Origin: Candidatus Bathyarchaeia archaeon
Lineage (GTDB): Archaea; Thermoproteota; CALKCG01; B24
DNA length: 64,000 nucleotides
Reading direction: 5' to 3'
NCBI GenBank assembly: GCA_038870975.1
Contig: JAVZJD010000001.1
Location: forward strand, 128,001 to 192,000
Below, in pieces: positions 1 to 10,286 of the stretch (its first letter is position 1; every line of letters begins with the position of its first letter). A program made the position numbers and the translations under genes. The notes under the pieces are model-generated. The model saw only the letters and a list, made by a program, of their open reading frames with translations. It was not told where the DNA came from and ran no database searches.

Positions 1-1129
1 AACCAGGGGCCGCTGATTGATCAAACGTACTTTTAACGCTGTAAGTAGCAAGATCCTTACTATACAGCGAGTAGTTAGACATTCTCGAAACAACTCTTAA
101 TCCTCCCTTATAAAGCTTCAGTCTAACCCATCCTTCAACAAACCTCTGAGTACTATTGATAAATTCTTCCAAATCCCGTTTGAGAGGCTCATACCATAGA
201 CCAGCGTAAACTAGAAAACTCCATTGTCTATCTACAAGCTCTTTAAAATTCAATTGACTCGGCGTTAAAACAAGTTTCTCAAGGTCTTTATGTGCTTCAA
301 CTATACAGATGGCAGCTGGACATTCATAGACCTCTCTAGTTTTGATTCCCACAATTCTATCTTCAATATGATCTATTCTGCCCACGGCATTTCTTCCAGC
401 GATCTCATTCAACCTCATTACTAATGAAACACCATCTAAGACTTCTCCGTTGAGTGAGGTGGGTACTCCATTCTCAAAGCCTATAGTCACATACTCGGGT
501 TTATCAGGAGCCTTCTCCGGGTCTACAGTCCATTTGAAAACCTCACTTAAAGGTTCAACTTCGATATCTTCTAGCGGTCCACACTCTATACTTCTACCCC
601 ATAGGTTTTGATCGACGCTGTATATCTTCTCCCTGGTAAAGGGTATTCCATGCCTCTTAGCGTATTCGAGTTCAAACTCTCTATCTAAACCCCATTCTCT
701 TACTGGAGCTAAAACCTTTAAGTTTGGGCTTAACGTTTTAACTGTTGCTTCTATTCTGACTTGATCGTTACCCTTACCAGTGCATCCATGTGCCACTGCA
801 TCAGCTTTAACAGCTTCAGCTACTTCAACAACATTCTTGGCTATCAACGGCCTAGAAAGTGCGCTACTGAGGGGATACTTACCCTCATATAATCCATTAG
901 CCTTGATACTTGGAAAAACATAGTTCTCCACAAACTCCTTCTTAGCATCTATAAAGAAGTGTTTTACAGCACCCAGCTTGTAAGCCAATTCCTCTATGGA
1001 TTTGAAGTCACTGCCTTGACCTACATCAACAGTAACCGTGTAGACTTCTGCGTCGTACTTCTCCTGAAGCCATATTATTGATACAGAGGTATCTAGACCT
1101 CCAGAGTATGCGAGTACAATCCTATTCAA
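1..1129 (-). CDS. argG: Argininosuccinate synthase (3' end runs off the window)
   Basis: Not in the ORF track. Manual translation from TTG at 1129 gives MNRIVLAYSGGLDTSV...AVAHGCTGKGNDQVR...YSVDQNLWGRSIE, the ArgG signature motifs. An AGGGAG SD-like sequence lies upstream. Confidence 0.96.
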   Translation of the reverse strand, partial: MNRIVLAYSGGLDTSVSIIWLQEKYDAEVYTVTVDVGQGSDFKSIEELAYKLGAVKHFFIDAKKEFVENYVFPSIKANGLYEGKYPLSSALSRPLIAKNVVEVAEAVKADAVAHGCTGKGNDQVRIEATVKTLSPNLKVLAPVREWGLDREFELEYAKRHGIPFTREKIYSVDQNLWGRSIECGPLEDIEVEPLSEVFKWTVDPEKAPDKPEYVTIGFENGVPTSLNGEVLDGVSLVMRLNEIAGRNAVGRIDHIEDRIVGIKTREVYECPAAICIVEAHKDLEKLVLTPSQLNFKELVDRQWSFLVYAGLWYEPLKRDLEEFINSTQRFVEGWVRLKLYKGGLRVVSRMSNYSLYSKDLATYSVKSTFDQSAAPG

Positions 1130-1202
1130 AGCCGCTCCCTCGTTCAAACTCTTCAATTGAATCCAAGCATTAAGTTATGGAATCTTAACATAAATATAAA
1201 TT

Positions 1203-1601
1203 TTACTGAGAATCTTGAATTCTCTCCCTTAAATATTCTGAAAATTCCTTAACTCTACCTTTTCTCTCAACGTATATTTTTGTATCTAATCTAACTTTAA
1301 TGCCGAGGCTTAGGAGGAGCTGATAAAACTCACCACCACTTATTTCGGTAGGTATTCTATGGTCTAATATCGCCTTACCAAGGGCATTAATTATAGCATA
1401 TGCCTCTTCTGGATACTGGCTTTTAAGAGCCGATAGAACTCTTAAACCTAAGCTGTCTAAAGCATTTCTAACAATACTTTCATAATCTGGCGTCTTATTC
1501 TCCTCAGAAGAGCCTCTTAGAGTTTTAGCCATAAGCTTACGTTGAATTTCTAAATACTTTTTCCTCATCAGCATGTTTAATTCATTATCTTCGCCACTCA
1601 A
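1203..1601 (-). CDS. PDCD5-like double-stranded DNA-binding protein
   Basis: N-terminal 'DNELNMLMRKKYLEIQRK' helix, then a helical core 'QYPEEA...ISGGEFYQLL', and a size typical of archaeal PDCD5 homologues. Confidence 0.65.
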   Translation of the reverse strand: MSGEDNELNMLMRKKYLEIQRKLMAKTLRGSSEENKTPDYESIVRNALDSLGLRVLSALKSQYPEEAYAIINALGKAILDHRIPTEISGGEFYQLLLSLGIKVRLDTKIYVERKGRVKEFSEYLRERIQDSQ

Positions 1602-1711
1602 GGTATCCCCTCTAGGAGAATAATGCTTACAAGGTTTAAACGTGACTATTCAGGCTAAAGAAGCTTTCTCTTTTTGCGTAGTTTAAACCCATAGAAATAG
1701 GAGCTAGACAA

Positions 1712-1724
1712 GAAAAGGTTAAAT
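1712..1724 (+). promoter_or_regulatory. Putative BRE/TATA promoter of lysY-lysJ
   Basis: GAAAAGGTTAAAT about 35 nt upstream of the TTG start, followed by SD-like GAAGGGGTG. Confidence 0.5.
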
Positions 1725-1757
1725 GTTAAATCCTACTCCATTCTGAAGGGGTGTTCT

Positions 1758-2810
1758 TTGAAAGTAAGTATCATAGGAGGATCAGGGTATACAGGTGGAG
1801 AGCTGTTGAGAATACTAGCGACTCATCCCAATGTAGAGATAAAAATGGTCACTTCTAGGAGATATGTAGGAGACTATGTTCATAGGGTTCATCCAAATCT
1901 CAGAAGAATACTCGATATTCAATTCACAGACCCAGACACTTCGAAAATAGCTGAAGAGAGCGATGTAGTATTCCTATGCACGCCTGCTGGCGTCTCTGCA
2001 AAAATATCGCATGAATTTCTGGAGAGGGGGGTTAAGGTTATCGATTTAAGCCCAGACTTTAGACTTAAAGATCCAAAAGAGTATGAACGATGGTACGGTT
2101 GGAGACACCCCAGACCAGACCTTTTAGAAAAGGCTGTCTACGGTCTACCGGAACTCCATAGGGAAGAGATACGGAAGGCAGATTTAATAGCATGCCCAGG
2201 CTGTATGTCAACAGCTGGTATACTAGCCATGGCACCTCTAGCTAAAGCAGGTTTCATCAAGCAGAATACCGTCGTAGTAGATGCAATGATAGGTTCTTCA
2301 GGAGCAGGTGCTACACCTTCTCTTGCAAGTATACATGCTGAGCGGTATGGTGTCATAAGACCGTACAAGCCAACTGGACATAGACATACGAGCGAAATAG
2401 AGCAGGAGCTTAGTCTATTGGCTGGTGGGTGCATCAAGGTTGCATTCTCAGCTACCTCTGTTAACATAGTGAGAGGTATTCTCGCAGTATGTCACTGTTT
2501 CACCGAAAAGAGTTTAACAATTCGAGATCTTTGGAAGATCTATAGACAATTTTATGGAGATGAGCCCTTCATAAGACTTGTCAGAGACGTTAAAGGGATC
2601 TTCCGATATCCAGATCCAAAGCCTATAGTAGGCTCGAACTTCTGCGATGTGGGATTTGAATTCGACCCTTATACCAATAGGATAGTTGCCCTAGCAGCCA
2701 TAGATAATCTCGTTAAAGGCGCTGTTGGAAATGCTGTTCAAAGTCTAAACATAATGTATGGACTAGATGAAAAGACAGGTTTAATGTATCCTGGTATCCA
2801 TCCTGTTTAG
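1758..2810 (+). CDS. lysY: N-acetyl-gamma-glutamyl-phosphate / LysW-aminoadipyl-phosphate reductase (ArgC/LysY)
   Basis: GGSGYTGGE Rossmann motif, catalytic PGC, GSSGAG, HRH and IDNLVKGA motifs. Confidence 0.92.
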   Translation: MKVSIIGGSGYTGGELLRILATHPNVEIKMVTSRRYVGDYVHRVHPNLRRILDIQFTDPDTSKIAEESDVVFLCTPAGVSAKISHEFLERGVKVIDLSPDFRLKDPKEYERWYGWRHPRPDLLEKAVYGLPELHREEIRKADLIACPGCMSTAGILAMAPLAKAGFIKQNTVVVDAMIGSSGAGATPSLASIHAERYGVIRPYKPTGHRHTSEIEQELSLLAGGCIKVAFSATSVNIVRGILAVCHCFTEKSLTIRDLWKIYRQFYGDEPFIRLVRDVKGIFRYPDPKPIVGSNFCDVGFEFDPYTNRIVALAAIDNLVKGAVGNAVQSLNIMYGLDEKTGLMYPGIHPV

Positions 2811-2821
2811 GAGGCACGGTA

Positions 2822-4006
2822 TTGGATACGCAGACGATAATTCAGCTCGAAGAAAAATATATGGTTAATGTCTACTTCAGATACCCAGTGGTTATTGTAA
2901 AAGGCAGTGGCGCAGTACTATGGGATACTGAAGGAAGGCGCTACATAGACCTAATGGGTGGATACGGCGTCGCGATAGTTGGCTACTCACACCCAAAAGT
3001 TGTTGAAGCGGTTAAAGAACAGCTCGGTAGACTTACGGTATGCCATCCGAGCTTATATAACGACGTGAGAGCCTCTCTATTAGAGAAGCTTGCAGCAGTA
3101 GCTCCAAATGGCTTAGACAAGATCTACTTATGCAACAGTGGAGCTGAAGCTGTTGAAGCAGCTATTAAAATGGCTAAGAAGTTTACTGGTAGGTCCAAAT
3201 TGGTATCGACAATTGGAGGATTCCACGGAAAAACACTAGGTGCTTTATCTTTGACGTGGAATCCTAAGTATAGAGAGCCTTTTAAAGACCTTTTAATTAA
3301 AAACGTAGAATTCGTACCCTATGGAAGTCTTGAGAGGTCAGAGGCAGCGGTCGATGAGAACACCATAGCATTTATAGTAGAGCCGATACAGGGCGAGAGT
3401 GGTGTAAGAATACCGCCGGATGATTATCTGAAAGGCTTAAGAGAGATATGCGACAGAAGGGGAAGTCTACTCATAATTGATGAGATTCAGACAGGATTAG
3501 GTAGAACTGGAGCCATGTGGGCCTGCCAACATTGGAATGTAAAACCAGACATCATGTGCATTGGTAAAGGTTTAGCGGGAGGAATTCCAATGGGCGCGGT
3601 ATTAGCAAGAGAAGATATAGGCAGTAGTCTTAAGCTTGGGGAACATACGAGTACGTTCGGTGGGAACCCTCTTGCATGCGCAGCTGCTTCAGCTGTAATA
3701 GATTTGATAACCAGTGAGAAACTGCCTGAAAGAGCGAAAAAACTGGGAGAGACATTTAAACTGGGGTTGGAGAAGATTAAGCAAACCCATTCATCCATAA
3801 GAGAAGTTAGAGGCTTAGGTTTGATGAGGGCAGCGGAGCTCAGATTCGACGTAAAAGACGTTATTGTTAAAAGCCTCGAAAATGGACTTATAACCTTATA
3901 CTCTAGTAGAAACATATTAAGGTTCCTACCCCCTTTAGTTATAGAAGAGGCGCAAATAGTAGAGGCCTTAGAAATCCTAGATAGAGTACTCACCTTGGTC
4001 TCTTAA
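2822..4006 (+). CDS. lysJ: Class III PLP aminotransferase, acetylornithine / LysW type (ArgD/LysJ)
   Basis: NSGAEAVE, FHGKT, EPIQGE, DEIQTGLGRTG, PLP lysine in GKGLAGG, HTSTFGGNP. Adjacent to lysY. Confidence 0.88.
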   Translation: MDTQTIIQLEEKYMVNVYFRYPVVIVKGSGAVLWDTEGRRYIDLMGGYGVAIVGYSHPKVVEAVKEQLGRLTVCHPSLYNDVRASLLEKLAAVAPNGLDKIYLCNSGAEAVEAAIKMAKKFTGRSKLVSTIGGFHGKTLGALSLTWNPKYREPFKDLLIKNVEFVPYGSLERSEAAVDENTIAFIVEPIQGESGVRIPPDDYLKGLREICDRRGSLLIIDEIQTGLGRTGAMWACQHWNVKPDIMCIGKGLAGGIPMGAVLAREDIGSSLKLGEHTSTFGGNPLACAAASAVIDLITSEKLPERAKKLGETFKLGLEKIKQTHSSIREVRGLGLMRAAELRFDVKDVIVKSLENGLITLYSSRNILRFLPPLVIEEAQIVEALEILDRVLTLVS

Positions 4007-4019
4007 ACCTATATGGAAA

Positions 4020-4322
4020 TCACAGTCTCTTCCTACCGTGTTTATAGGGTCGAGCTTTATTCACAGACATTTTTACTCTGATGGAGTTTGAAATGTCTAT
4101 TTTAAGGTCTCCGCAGATGTGGAAAATCCTGATGAGTGTATCAGCCACTTCTTCTTTAAAAGCCTCAAAATCATCGTCCCTCCAAGCCTCCATAGCTTCA
4201 GAAAGTTCGGTCACTACAAGCATTAAATATTTTGGCACGTTGTCCCATGTTACGTGGAAGCCCTTTGAATTTGCTATTTCCGTAGCTTCTCTAACGAGTT
4301 CCTCAATCGCCTGCGAGCTCAA
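4020..4322 (-). CDS. MazG-like nucleotide pyrophosphohydrolase
   Basis: 'TELSEAMEA...EEVAD' acidic motif and C-terminal 'KMSVNKARPYKHG'. Confidence 0.8.
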   Translation of the reverse strand: MSSQAIEELVREATEIANSKGFHVTWDNVPKYLMLVVTELSEAMEAWRDDDFEAFKEEVADTLIRIFHICGDLKIDISNSIRVKMSVNKARPYKHGRKRL

Positions 4323-4430
4323 GTTATCAGGTAGACATATCTGTTTAGAACTCTAATAAACGTAGCTTTCAACTTCTCAGGAAACTCAGCATTAATTTAT
4401 ATAATTTTGCTACATCAATAAAAATCCGGA

Positions 4431-5783
4431 GTGGAAATGGAGGTTTTAATTAAAGATTGCAGCTGGATAGTTACTCAAGATGACCATAGAAGGCTGTTAA
4501 AGAAGACATCTGTGCTAATAAAAGATGGAATTATTGAAGATATAGGCCGTGATTTAAACGGTGGAGATATAGTAGTCGATGGAAAAGATAAAATTTTGAT
4601 GCCTGGCCTCATAAATACGCATACACATCTTTCCATGAGTCTATTCAGAGGCTATGCTGAAGATCTACCGTTGGATAAATGGCTTAGAGAGAAAGTGTGG
4701 CCTTTGGAACGAAAACTCGACGAACAACTCTGCTATATAGGAGCCCTGCTCGGATGTTTGGAAATGGTGAGGACGGGTACAACTTGTATGGTTGACATGT
4801 ATTATCATGCTGGAGCTGTAGCTAAGGCTGTCGGAGAAGCCGGGTTAAGAGGGTTTATAGGTCAAGGTCTAATGGACACGATGACAGATGATAGAACTCC
4901 GAGTGAAAGTTTAAGAAAAAGTTTCCTAGAAGCAGCTCATAAAGCACTTAAAGCCATTCAAGAATTAAGTGATCCAAAGGTCAAGTTTATAGTAGCTCCA
5001 CATGCCCCATACACTTGTTCAGACGAACTCCTCATAGAGGCGCAAGCGATGGCCGAAAAGATTGACACACTCGTACATATACACATAGCTGAAACTAGGA
5101 GGGAGCAGGCTGTGTTTCAGAGAAACTATGGATGTAGCGTCTTAGAATACTTGGATAAAATCGATTTTCTAAATAAGAGGGTTTTAGCTGCACACTGTGT
5201 TTGGCTGACAAGAAGGGATATAGAAATATTGGCACGTAGAGGCGTTAAGATTTCTCACTGCCCTATTTCAAACATGAAACTTGGAGTTGGAGGAGTATCG
5301 CCAATTCCAGAACTAGTGGAAGCTGGAGTACTAGTAACGTTGGGAACGGATGGACCAGCAAGTAATAATACGTTAGACATGTTTGAAAGTATGAAAATTG
5401 CAGCTTTGCTTCAAAAACATAACCGTTGGGATCCGAGTGTAGTAAACGCTCAACAAATCCTTGATATGGCTACGGTTAACGCAAGTGAAAGTCTAGGTCT
5501 TGGAGGAATTGTTGGACAGGTTAGAGAGGGTTTCGAAGCAGACTTGATATTGGTGGACGTTAGAAACCCTAGTCTTCAGCCAGTTCACAATCCAGAAAGC
5601 TTAGTGGCAAACCTTGTATATGCCGCTAAAGGTTTAAGCGTCAATTCCGTGTTCGTGAAAGGTGAACCTCTACTGCTAGATGGAGTCTACCAAACTCTCG
5701 ATGCAGATAGGATATACAGCTTAGCTGAAGAGGCTTTAGAGGAACTCGGTATTAAGCTTTCTAACTGCACCGGAGATGTATAA
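4431..5783 (+). CDS. Amidohydrolase, MTA/SAH deaminase (MtaD/DadD)-like
   Basis: PGLINTHTH, APHAPY, HIHIAET, AHCV, HCPISN and GTDG motifs. Confidence 0.85.
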   Translation: MEMEVLIKDCSWIVTQDDHRRLLKKTSVLIKDGIIEDIGRDLNGGDIVVDGKDKILMPGLINTHTHLSMSLFRGYAEDLPLDKWLREKVWPLERKLDEQLCYIGALLGCLEMVRTGTTCMVDMYYHAGAVAKAVGEAGLRGFIGQGLMDTMTDDRTPSESLRKSFLEAAHKALKAIQELSDPKVKFIVAPHAPYTCSDELLIEAQAMAEKIDTLVHIHIAETRREQAVFQRNYGCSVLEYLDKIDFLNKRVLAAHCVWLTRRDIEILARRGVKISHCPISNMKLGVGGVSPIPELVEAGVLVTLGTDGPASNNTLDMFESMKIAALLQKHNRWDPSVVNAQQILDMATVNASESLGLGGIVGQVREGFEADLILVDVRNPSLQPVHNPESLVANLVYAAKGLSVNSVFVKGEPLLLDGVYQTLDADRIYSLAEEALEELGIKLSNCTGDV

Positions 5784-5806
5784 TACACCACTCATCTACC
5801 GAACTA

Positions 5807-6508
5807 TTAGAGTTCACAGTAAACACTTTTATCTTCCAGACAGGCTTCATCTATTCTCAAGTAGCCAGAGCCGCCCAGCCATATCGGTTCAGCTTTTCTA
5901 ATGTGTAAACGTTTCCTGAAGAATGGCGCATCGAGGACAAGCGTCTCATATTCACCGCCCTCCCCAAGTAGGCTGAAACGGTGCTTATAGGCTAGGCGGA
6001 TAAAATCCATGAGAGAATCGGCATCTAGAATTTTCCCTAGCCATTCCATTGTCAATCCTTCAGCTGCTACACCTACGATAATCGCTCGAAAACCAAGCTC
6101 TAAAATCTCTCTCAAAATCAGCTCCGCGGTTTTACTCCATAAAGGTGTGAAACTCTTCAGGCCGAGTTCTTCACATACCGAATCGATTATACTCTTCTGG
6201 TAATAACTCGCCGAAACACCCGAAATAACAGAACAAATGTGGAAATCTTCGATGGCTTCTCTGAGAACGTAAGAAAGGGCTTTTAAACTACTATGCACGG
6301 AGTCTCCAGTTCTTCTCAGGAGAAGGGGTTTACCCATTGCTTCGGCTTGAAGCCTTGTAAGCTCTACGGCTGGATAATGGAAAATCCAAGACTCAAAACT
6401 TTCAGGTATAAGAGTTATAAGACAGGATATTTCAAAACCTTGATTTGAGGAAATCCATAGAGCGTAAAGACTATCCTTACCGCCTGAGGAGAGTACAGCG
6501 CTTTTCAA
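5807..6508 (-). CDS. Diphthine--ammonia ligase (Dph6 family)
   Basis: PP-loop SGGKDS and GEGGEYET motifs. Start moved from the track's 6553 to the TTG at 6508, just after the upstream gene's stop. Confidence 0.88.
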   Translation of the reverse strand: MKSAVLSSGGKDSLYALWISSNQGFEISCLITLIPESFESWIFHYPAVELTRLQAEAMGKPLLLRRTGDSVHSSLKALSYVLREAIEDFHICSVISGVSASYYQKSIIDSVCEELGLKSFTPLWSKTAELILREILELGFRAIIVGVAAEGLTMEWLGKILDADSLMDFIRLAYKHRFSLLGEGGEYETLVLDAPFFRKRLHIRKAEPIWLGGSGYLRIDEACLEDKSVYCEL

Positions 6509-6512
6509 ACCA

Positions 6513-7034
6513 CTAAATCTTACCAGGTCTAGATTCTTTAAGTTTTGCTCCACAATACGGACAGTAAACAGCTCCCAGAGGAATTTTAGCCTTACAATAG
6601 GGGCAGACGTTTAAAGGCGGTGGTTGTTTTGGAGGAGCCAAGCGGTTTTTAATATAGGAGCCGATGAATCCTCCTCCGAATCCCACGCCAAGTTGTATTA
6701 GAAAACTTACTATGTATAGGAGGAGGAGCAACGGTAAACCTAAAGATGCCATCTCTGAAATCTCTGGTGGTATTTCTAGGAGACCCATCTGAAGTAAGAC
6801 GGTTTGTATAGATTGTCTCACCAGTAGGATATCTATAACCGCCGTTATAGCCCCGATTTTACCTCCATCTTTCAAAGGCTCGATGAAGAAACTTCCAGCA
6901 ACCAAGCCTCCTAAAAATGGAGAGATGAGAATTAGGTCTGAAAGGCCAGCTGTTAGCAAGACTACTAGGTCTAAAATGGCACATGTTACGATACCTAAAA
7001 GCACAGCTAGTCCAGTTCTAGGCTTCATTTCCAA
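6513..7034 (-). CDS. Membrane protein with C-terminal zinc ribbon
   Basis: About four Gly-rich hydrophobic segments, a Pro linker, then CPYC-x10-CPYC. Confidence 0.75.
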   Translation of the reverse strand: MEMKPRTGLAVLLGIVTCAILDLVVLLTAGLSDLILISPFLGGLVAGSFFIEPLKDGGKIGAITAVIDILLVRQSIQTVLLQMGLLEIPPEISEMASLGLPLLLLLYIVSFLIQLGVGFGGGFIGSYIKNRLAPPKQPPPLNVCPYCKAKIPLGAVYCPYCGAKLKESRPGKI

Positions 7035-7306
7035 AATTTAAAGAGAAATCAATGATTTAAGTGTTTAGGTTCATCTATTAGTGAACCATTTTTACCGAGT
7101 TTTGGAATGATATTGAACCATCGAAGCTGTTTTATTAGGCTCCATAGATTTTGAAGCAACCTCTATTGCTAAAGATATAGTGTAGACGCCGAGGATGTAA
7201 CGGTGGAGTTCTAAGGTAAAAGCACTAAGACAGTAACAGTAGGTTTCAATTGAAAACGTTTAAGTCTTCTTGCAAATGAAGTTTTTAATTGGTGCTTAGC
7301 TATTAG

Positions 7307-8692
7307 ATGGAGATTATAAGAAACTTTGAAAGTTTGATTTATAATGGTTTAACTGATGGAGATAGAAGAGCCAGAGCCATTTGTTTAAACATTCTTAATA
7401 GGGTGTTGGAGGGGATAAATCCAGTCAATATGATAAAGTCAAACGTTACTAGAAACGGCTCAATGTTGAATGTGTGTGGTGTAACGTTTAATCTCGACGA
7501 TTTTCAACACATCTATTTGGTTGGCTTTGGCAAATCTAGCCACGTCATGTCTTTAATTATGGAACAGCTCATAGGAGATAGAATCAGTAAAGGCTTTATA
7601 AATGTATATAGAGGGGTGAAGTTTAAATCTCTAACAGGTAAAGTTGAGTTCATAGAAGCTGGTCATCCAATACCTGATACCAATGGACAGAAAGGCGCTG
7701 AAGAAATCGTGAGGATTGTCTCAGAGGCTTCGGAACATGACTTAGTGATATGCCTTATTTCAGGTGGTGGTTCGTCTATGACTCCATTGCCAGCAGATGG
7801 AATATCGCTCGAGGAAAAACAGCAGGTTACACAGCTTCTTCTCAAAAGTGGGGCCACTATAGAGGAGGTTAACGCGGTTAGAAAGCATATATCAGCATTT
7901 AAAGGTGGGTTATTGGCTAAATACGCATATCCGGCTAGAGTCGTGAGTCTAATAATTTCTGACGTCGTTGGAGATAAATTAGACGTTATTTCATCTGGAC
8001 CTACATCGCCAGATTCTTCAACTTTTCAAGACGCTTACCGTGTACTCGTCAAGTACAATTTGTGGCATCACATACCCGAGGCAGTCAGGAGAAGAATAGA
8101 AGCTGGCTTGAATGGGGAAGTGGAAGAAACACCTAAACCAAGAGATATAGTCTTTGAAAAAGTTCACAATTTCATAATTGGAAGTAATAGATTAGCCTGT
8201 AGAATAGCCGCTAGAACTGCTGGTGAAATAGGCTTAAACTCAACTATTTTATCCTCAGTGATTGAAGGGGAAGCCAGACATGTGGGAAGTGTCTACGGTG
8301 GTATACTCTTTGAAGAAGCTTTAGAAGGATGCCCTATCAAGAAGCCTGCAGTCTTAATAGCCGGTGGTGAAACTACGGTTACAGTTAGAGGATCTGGAAT
8401 TGGCGGTAGAAATCAAGAGCTTGTTCTTGCAGCCTGTATGAAAATACGAGGCCTTAGAAGTGTTGCAATTGCCTCCATAGGAACAGATGGAGTTGACGGT
8501 TTAACAGATGCAGCTGGAGCTATAGCTGACGGTAAAACTGTCCAAAGGGCTTTTGAAGCAAATTTAGACCCTGAAGAATACCTCAATAATAATGACTCCT
8601 ATAGATTTTTTAAGGAGCTAAATGACCTAGTTTTCACAGGACCTACGGGTGTAAACTTAATGGATATAGCGGTTATGGTCGCATTAGAGTAA
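7307..8692 (+). CDS. Glycerate 2-kinase (MOFRL family)
   Basis: GFGK, GHPIP, LISGGGS, KGG, ISDV, GGETTV, GGRNQE, TDGVDG and TGPTGVN motifs. Confidence 0.93.
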   Translation: MEIIRNFESLIYNGLTDGDRRARAICLNILNRVLEGINPVNMIKSNVTRNGSMLNVCGVTFNLDDFQHIYLVGFGKSSHVMSLIMEQLIGDRISKGFINVYRGVKFKSLTGKVEFIEAGHPIPDTNGQKGAEEIVRIVSEASEHDLVICLISGGGSSMTPLPADGISLEEKQQVTQLLLKSGATIEEVNAVRKHISAFKGGLLAKYAYPARVVSLIISDVVGDKLDVISSGPTSPDSSTFQDAYRVLVKYNLWHHIPEAVRRRIEAGLNGEVEETPKPRDIVFEKVHNFIIGSNRLACRIAARTAGEIGLNSTILSSVIEGEARHVGSVYGGILFEEALEGCPIKKPAVLIAGGETTVTVRGSGIGGRNQELVLAACMKIRGLRSVAIASIGTDGVDGLTDAAGAIADGKTVQRAFEANLDPEEYLNNNDSYRFFKELNDLVFTGPTGVNLMDIAVMVALE

Positions 8693-8715
8693 TTTATGAC
8701 TCAGGTGGCTCCCAC

Positions 8716-9684
8716 ATGTTTACTAGTTGCGTAGGTAGTTTTCCAGCGGAATTCCATAGAAAATCTGTAGAAATGATCGCAGAAGACATGGATAGTATAG
8801 GTTTAACCTATCCTAGCTATCCGCAACTTAGAGACTTCATAGCTATGTTTCTCGACCCACTGTGTTCTCAAGGACTCATCTACAAAAGTGGCTTAGAATA
8901 CGTACTTTCTCCCGATAATGCTGAAGACATAGAGAAGGCTGATATGCCCATACCTTTCGAAGCTCTATGGTTTATAGATTACGTTAGAAGTCGCAAATTG
9001 AATTTCATAGGTTTAAGAGCCCCTGTAACAGGGGTCTTCACATTGGCTTCACAAATCTATCGAACTAAGAAAACACACTCAATAAGAGAATCGTTGATGA
9101 ACGATTTAACGTTTCTAGAGAATTTAGCCTCCCTAGTATCAAAATTAATACGTAAACTCGAGGATTTAGGATATAGTCTAATAGTGATTGACGAACCTAT
9201 TCTTTCGACCGTTTACGGTAGCGGAGTAACGCTGATCAAACATAACAGTGAAGATGTTTTAAGAATATTTGGAAAACTCAAGCCGCATAAGTCTGTTGGA
9301 GGTATACACATATGCGGTAAAATCTCACAACCTCTGTTTAGACTTCTTTTAAGATCAGATTTTACTCTACTAGACCATGAATTTAAAGACATTCCAGAGA
9401 ATTTTAAGAGTCTAAATCCAGAGGAGTTTAAGAAATCCGATAAACTGCTTTCCGTTGGTTGCACATCATCGAGGAACGTAAAAGTTGAGACAGTTGAAGA
9501 CGTTTTAAGTGCATTGAATAGAGCTGTAGACCTCTATGGTGATAAAGTCTACATGGCTAAGCCGGACTGTGGATTCAGAGGCTTTAGGGGCGTTTTACCT
9601 GAGGATGAAGCATATAGAGTTAGCATTTTGAAGCTTAAAATGATAGTTGAGGCTGTGAAAAAACTTAATTACTTAAAGTCCTGA
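8716..9684 (+). CDS. Single-domain (core) cobalamin-independent-type methionine synthase
   Basis: VGSFP, IDEP, Zn ligands HIC...E...PDCG. 322 aa corresponds to the MetE catalytic half only. Confidence 0.72.
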   Translation: MFTSCVGSFPAEFHRKSVEMIAEDMDSIGLTYPSYPQLRDFIAMFLDPLCSQGLIYKSGLEYVLSPDNAEDIEKADMPIPFEALWFIDYVRSRKLNFIGLRAPVTGVFTLASQIYRTKKTHSIRESLMNDLTFLENLASLVSKLIRKLEDLGYSLIVIDEPILSTVYGSGVTLIKHNSEDVLRIFGKLKPHKSVGGIHICGKISQPLFRLLLRSDFTLLDHEFKDIPENFKSLNPEEFKKSDKLLSVGCTSSRNVKVETVEDVLSALNRAVDLYGDKVYMAKPDCGFRGFRGVLPEDEAYRVSILKLKMIVEAVKKLNYLKS

Positions 9685-9705
9685 TTATGGTTAAATGTGA
9701 TCTAA

Positions 9706-10188
9706 ATGGTTAAGGTTATCGTTATTTATTATTCACGGGGAGGAAATACTCGAAGGGTTGCAGAAATGCTTACTACTACACTCAAAGAGGAAGACTTGGA
9801 GGTATGTATGAAAAACGTGTCTGATGTGAAAGTTGAAGAGCTAATTCAGTACGATGGAATCGCTATAGGCTCTCCAACTTACTATGGTCAAATGGCAGGT
9901 GAAGTTAAAACCTTTCTAGATGAAACCGTTAGACTTCATGGAAAGCTTGACGGTAAAGTCGGCTTGGCTTTTACAACATCTGGTGGATATGGAACTGGGG
10001 GGGAGACAACTATACTGTCCATCATTCAGGCTATGTTAATACACGGCATGATCGTTCAAGGGGATCCCGATGATCTACATTATGGTATTATAATCAGAGG
10101 AATGCCTAAAGATGAAGATCTTAATCTTATTAGGGTTAAAGCTAAAAGATTTTCCACACTACTTAAGAAACTTAAGACCGCCGCGTAA
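9706..10188 (+). CDS. Flavodoxin / WrbA family NAD(P)H:quinone oxidoreductase
   Basis: YYSRGGNT, GSPTYYG, FTTSGG and GGETT motifs. Confidence 0.88.
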   Translation: MVKVIVIYYSRGGNTRRVAEMLTTTLKEEDLEVCMKNVSDVKVEELIQYDGIAIGSPTYYGQMAGEVKTFLDETVRLHGKLDGKVGLAFTTSGGYGTGGETTILSIIQAMLIHGMIVQGDPDDLHYGIIIRGMPKDEDLNLIRVKAKRFSTLLKKLKTAA

Positions 10189-10286
10189 CGACGGTAGATT
10201 TTTTAATAGTACAATCATCTGATAAGAGAAATATTTATTAAAGACTAAGTATAATCTAGCTTAGCACTTTCTAAGCAGGTTTAAAT

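Noticed and set aside
7078-7258. About 60-codon open frame on the minus strand in the intergenic gap
   Set aside because: No start codon near its 5' end and no recognisable motif.
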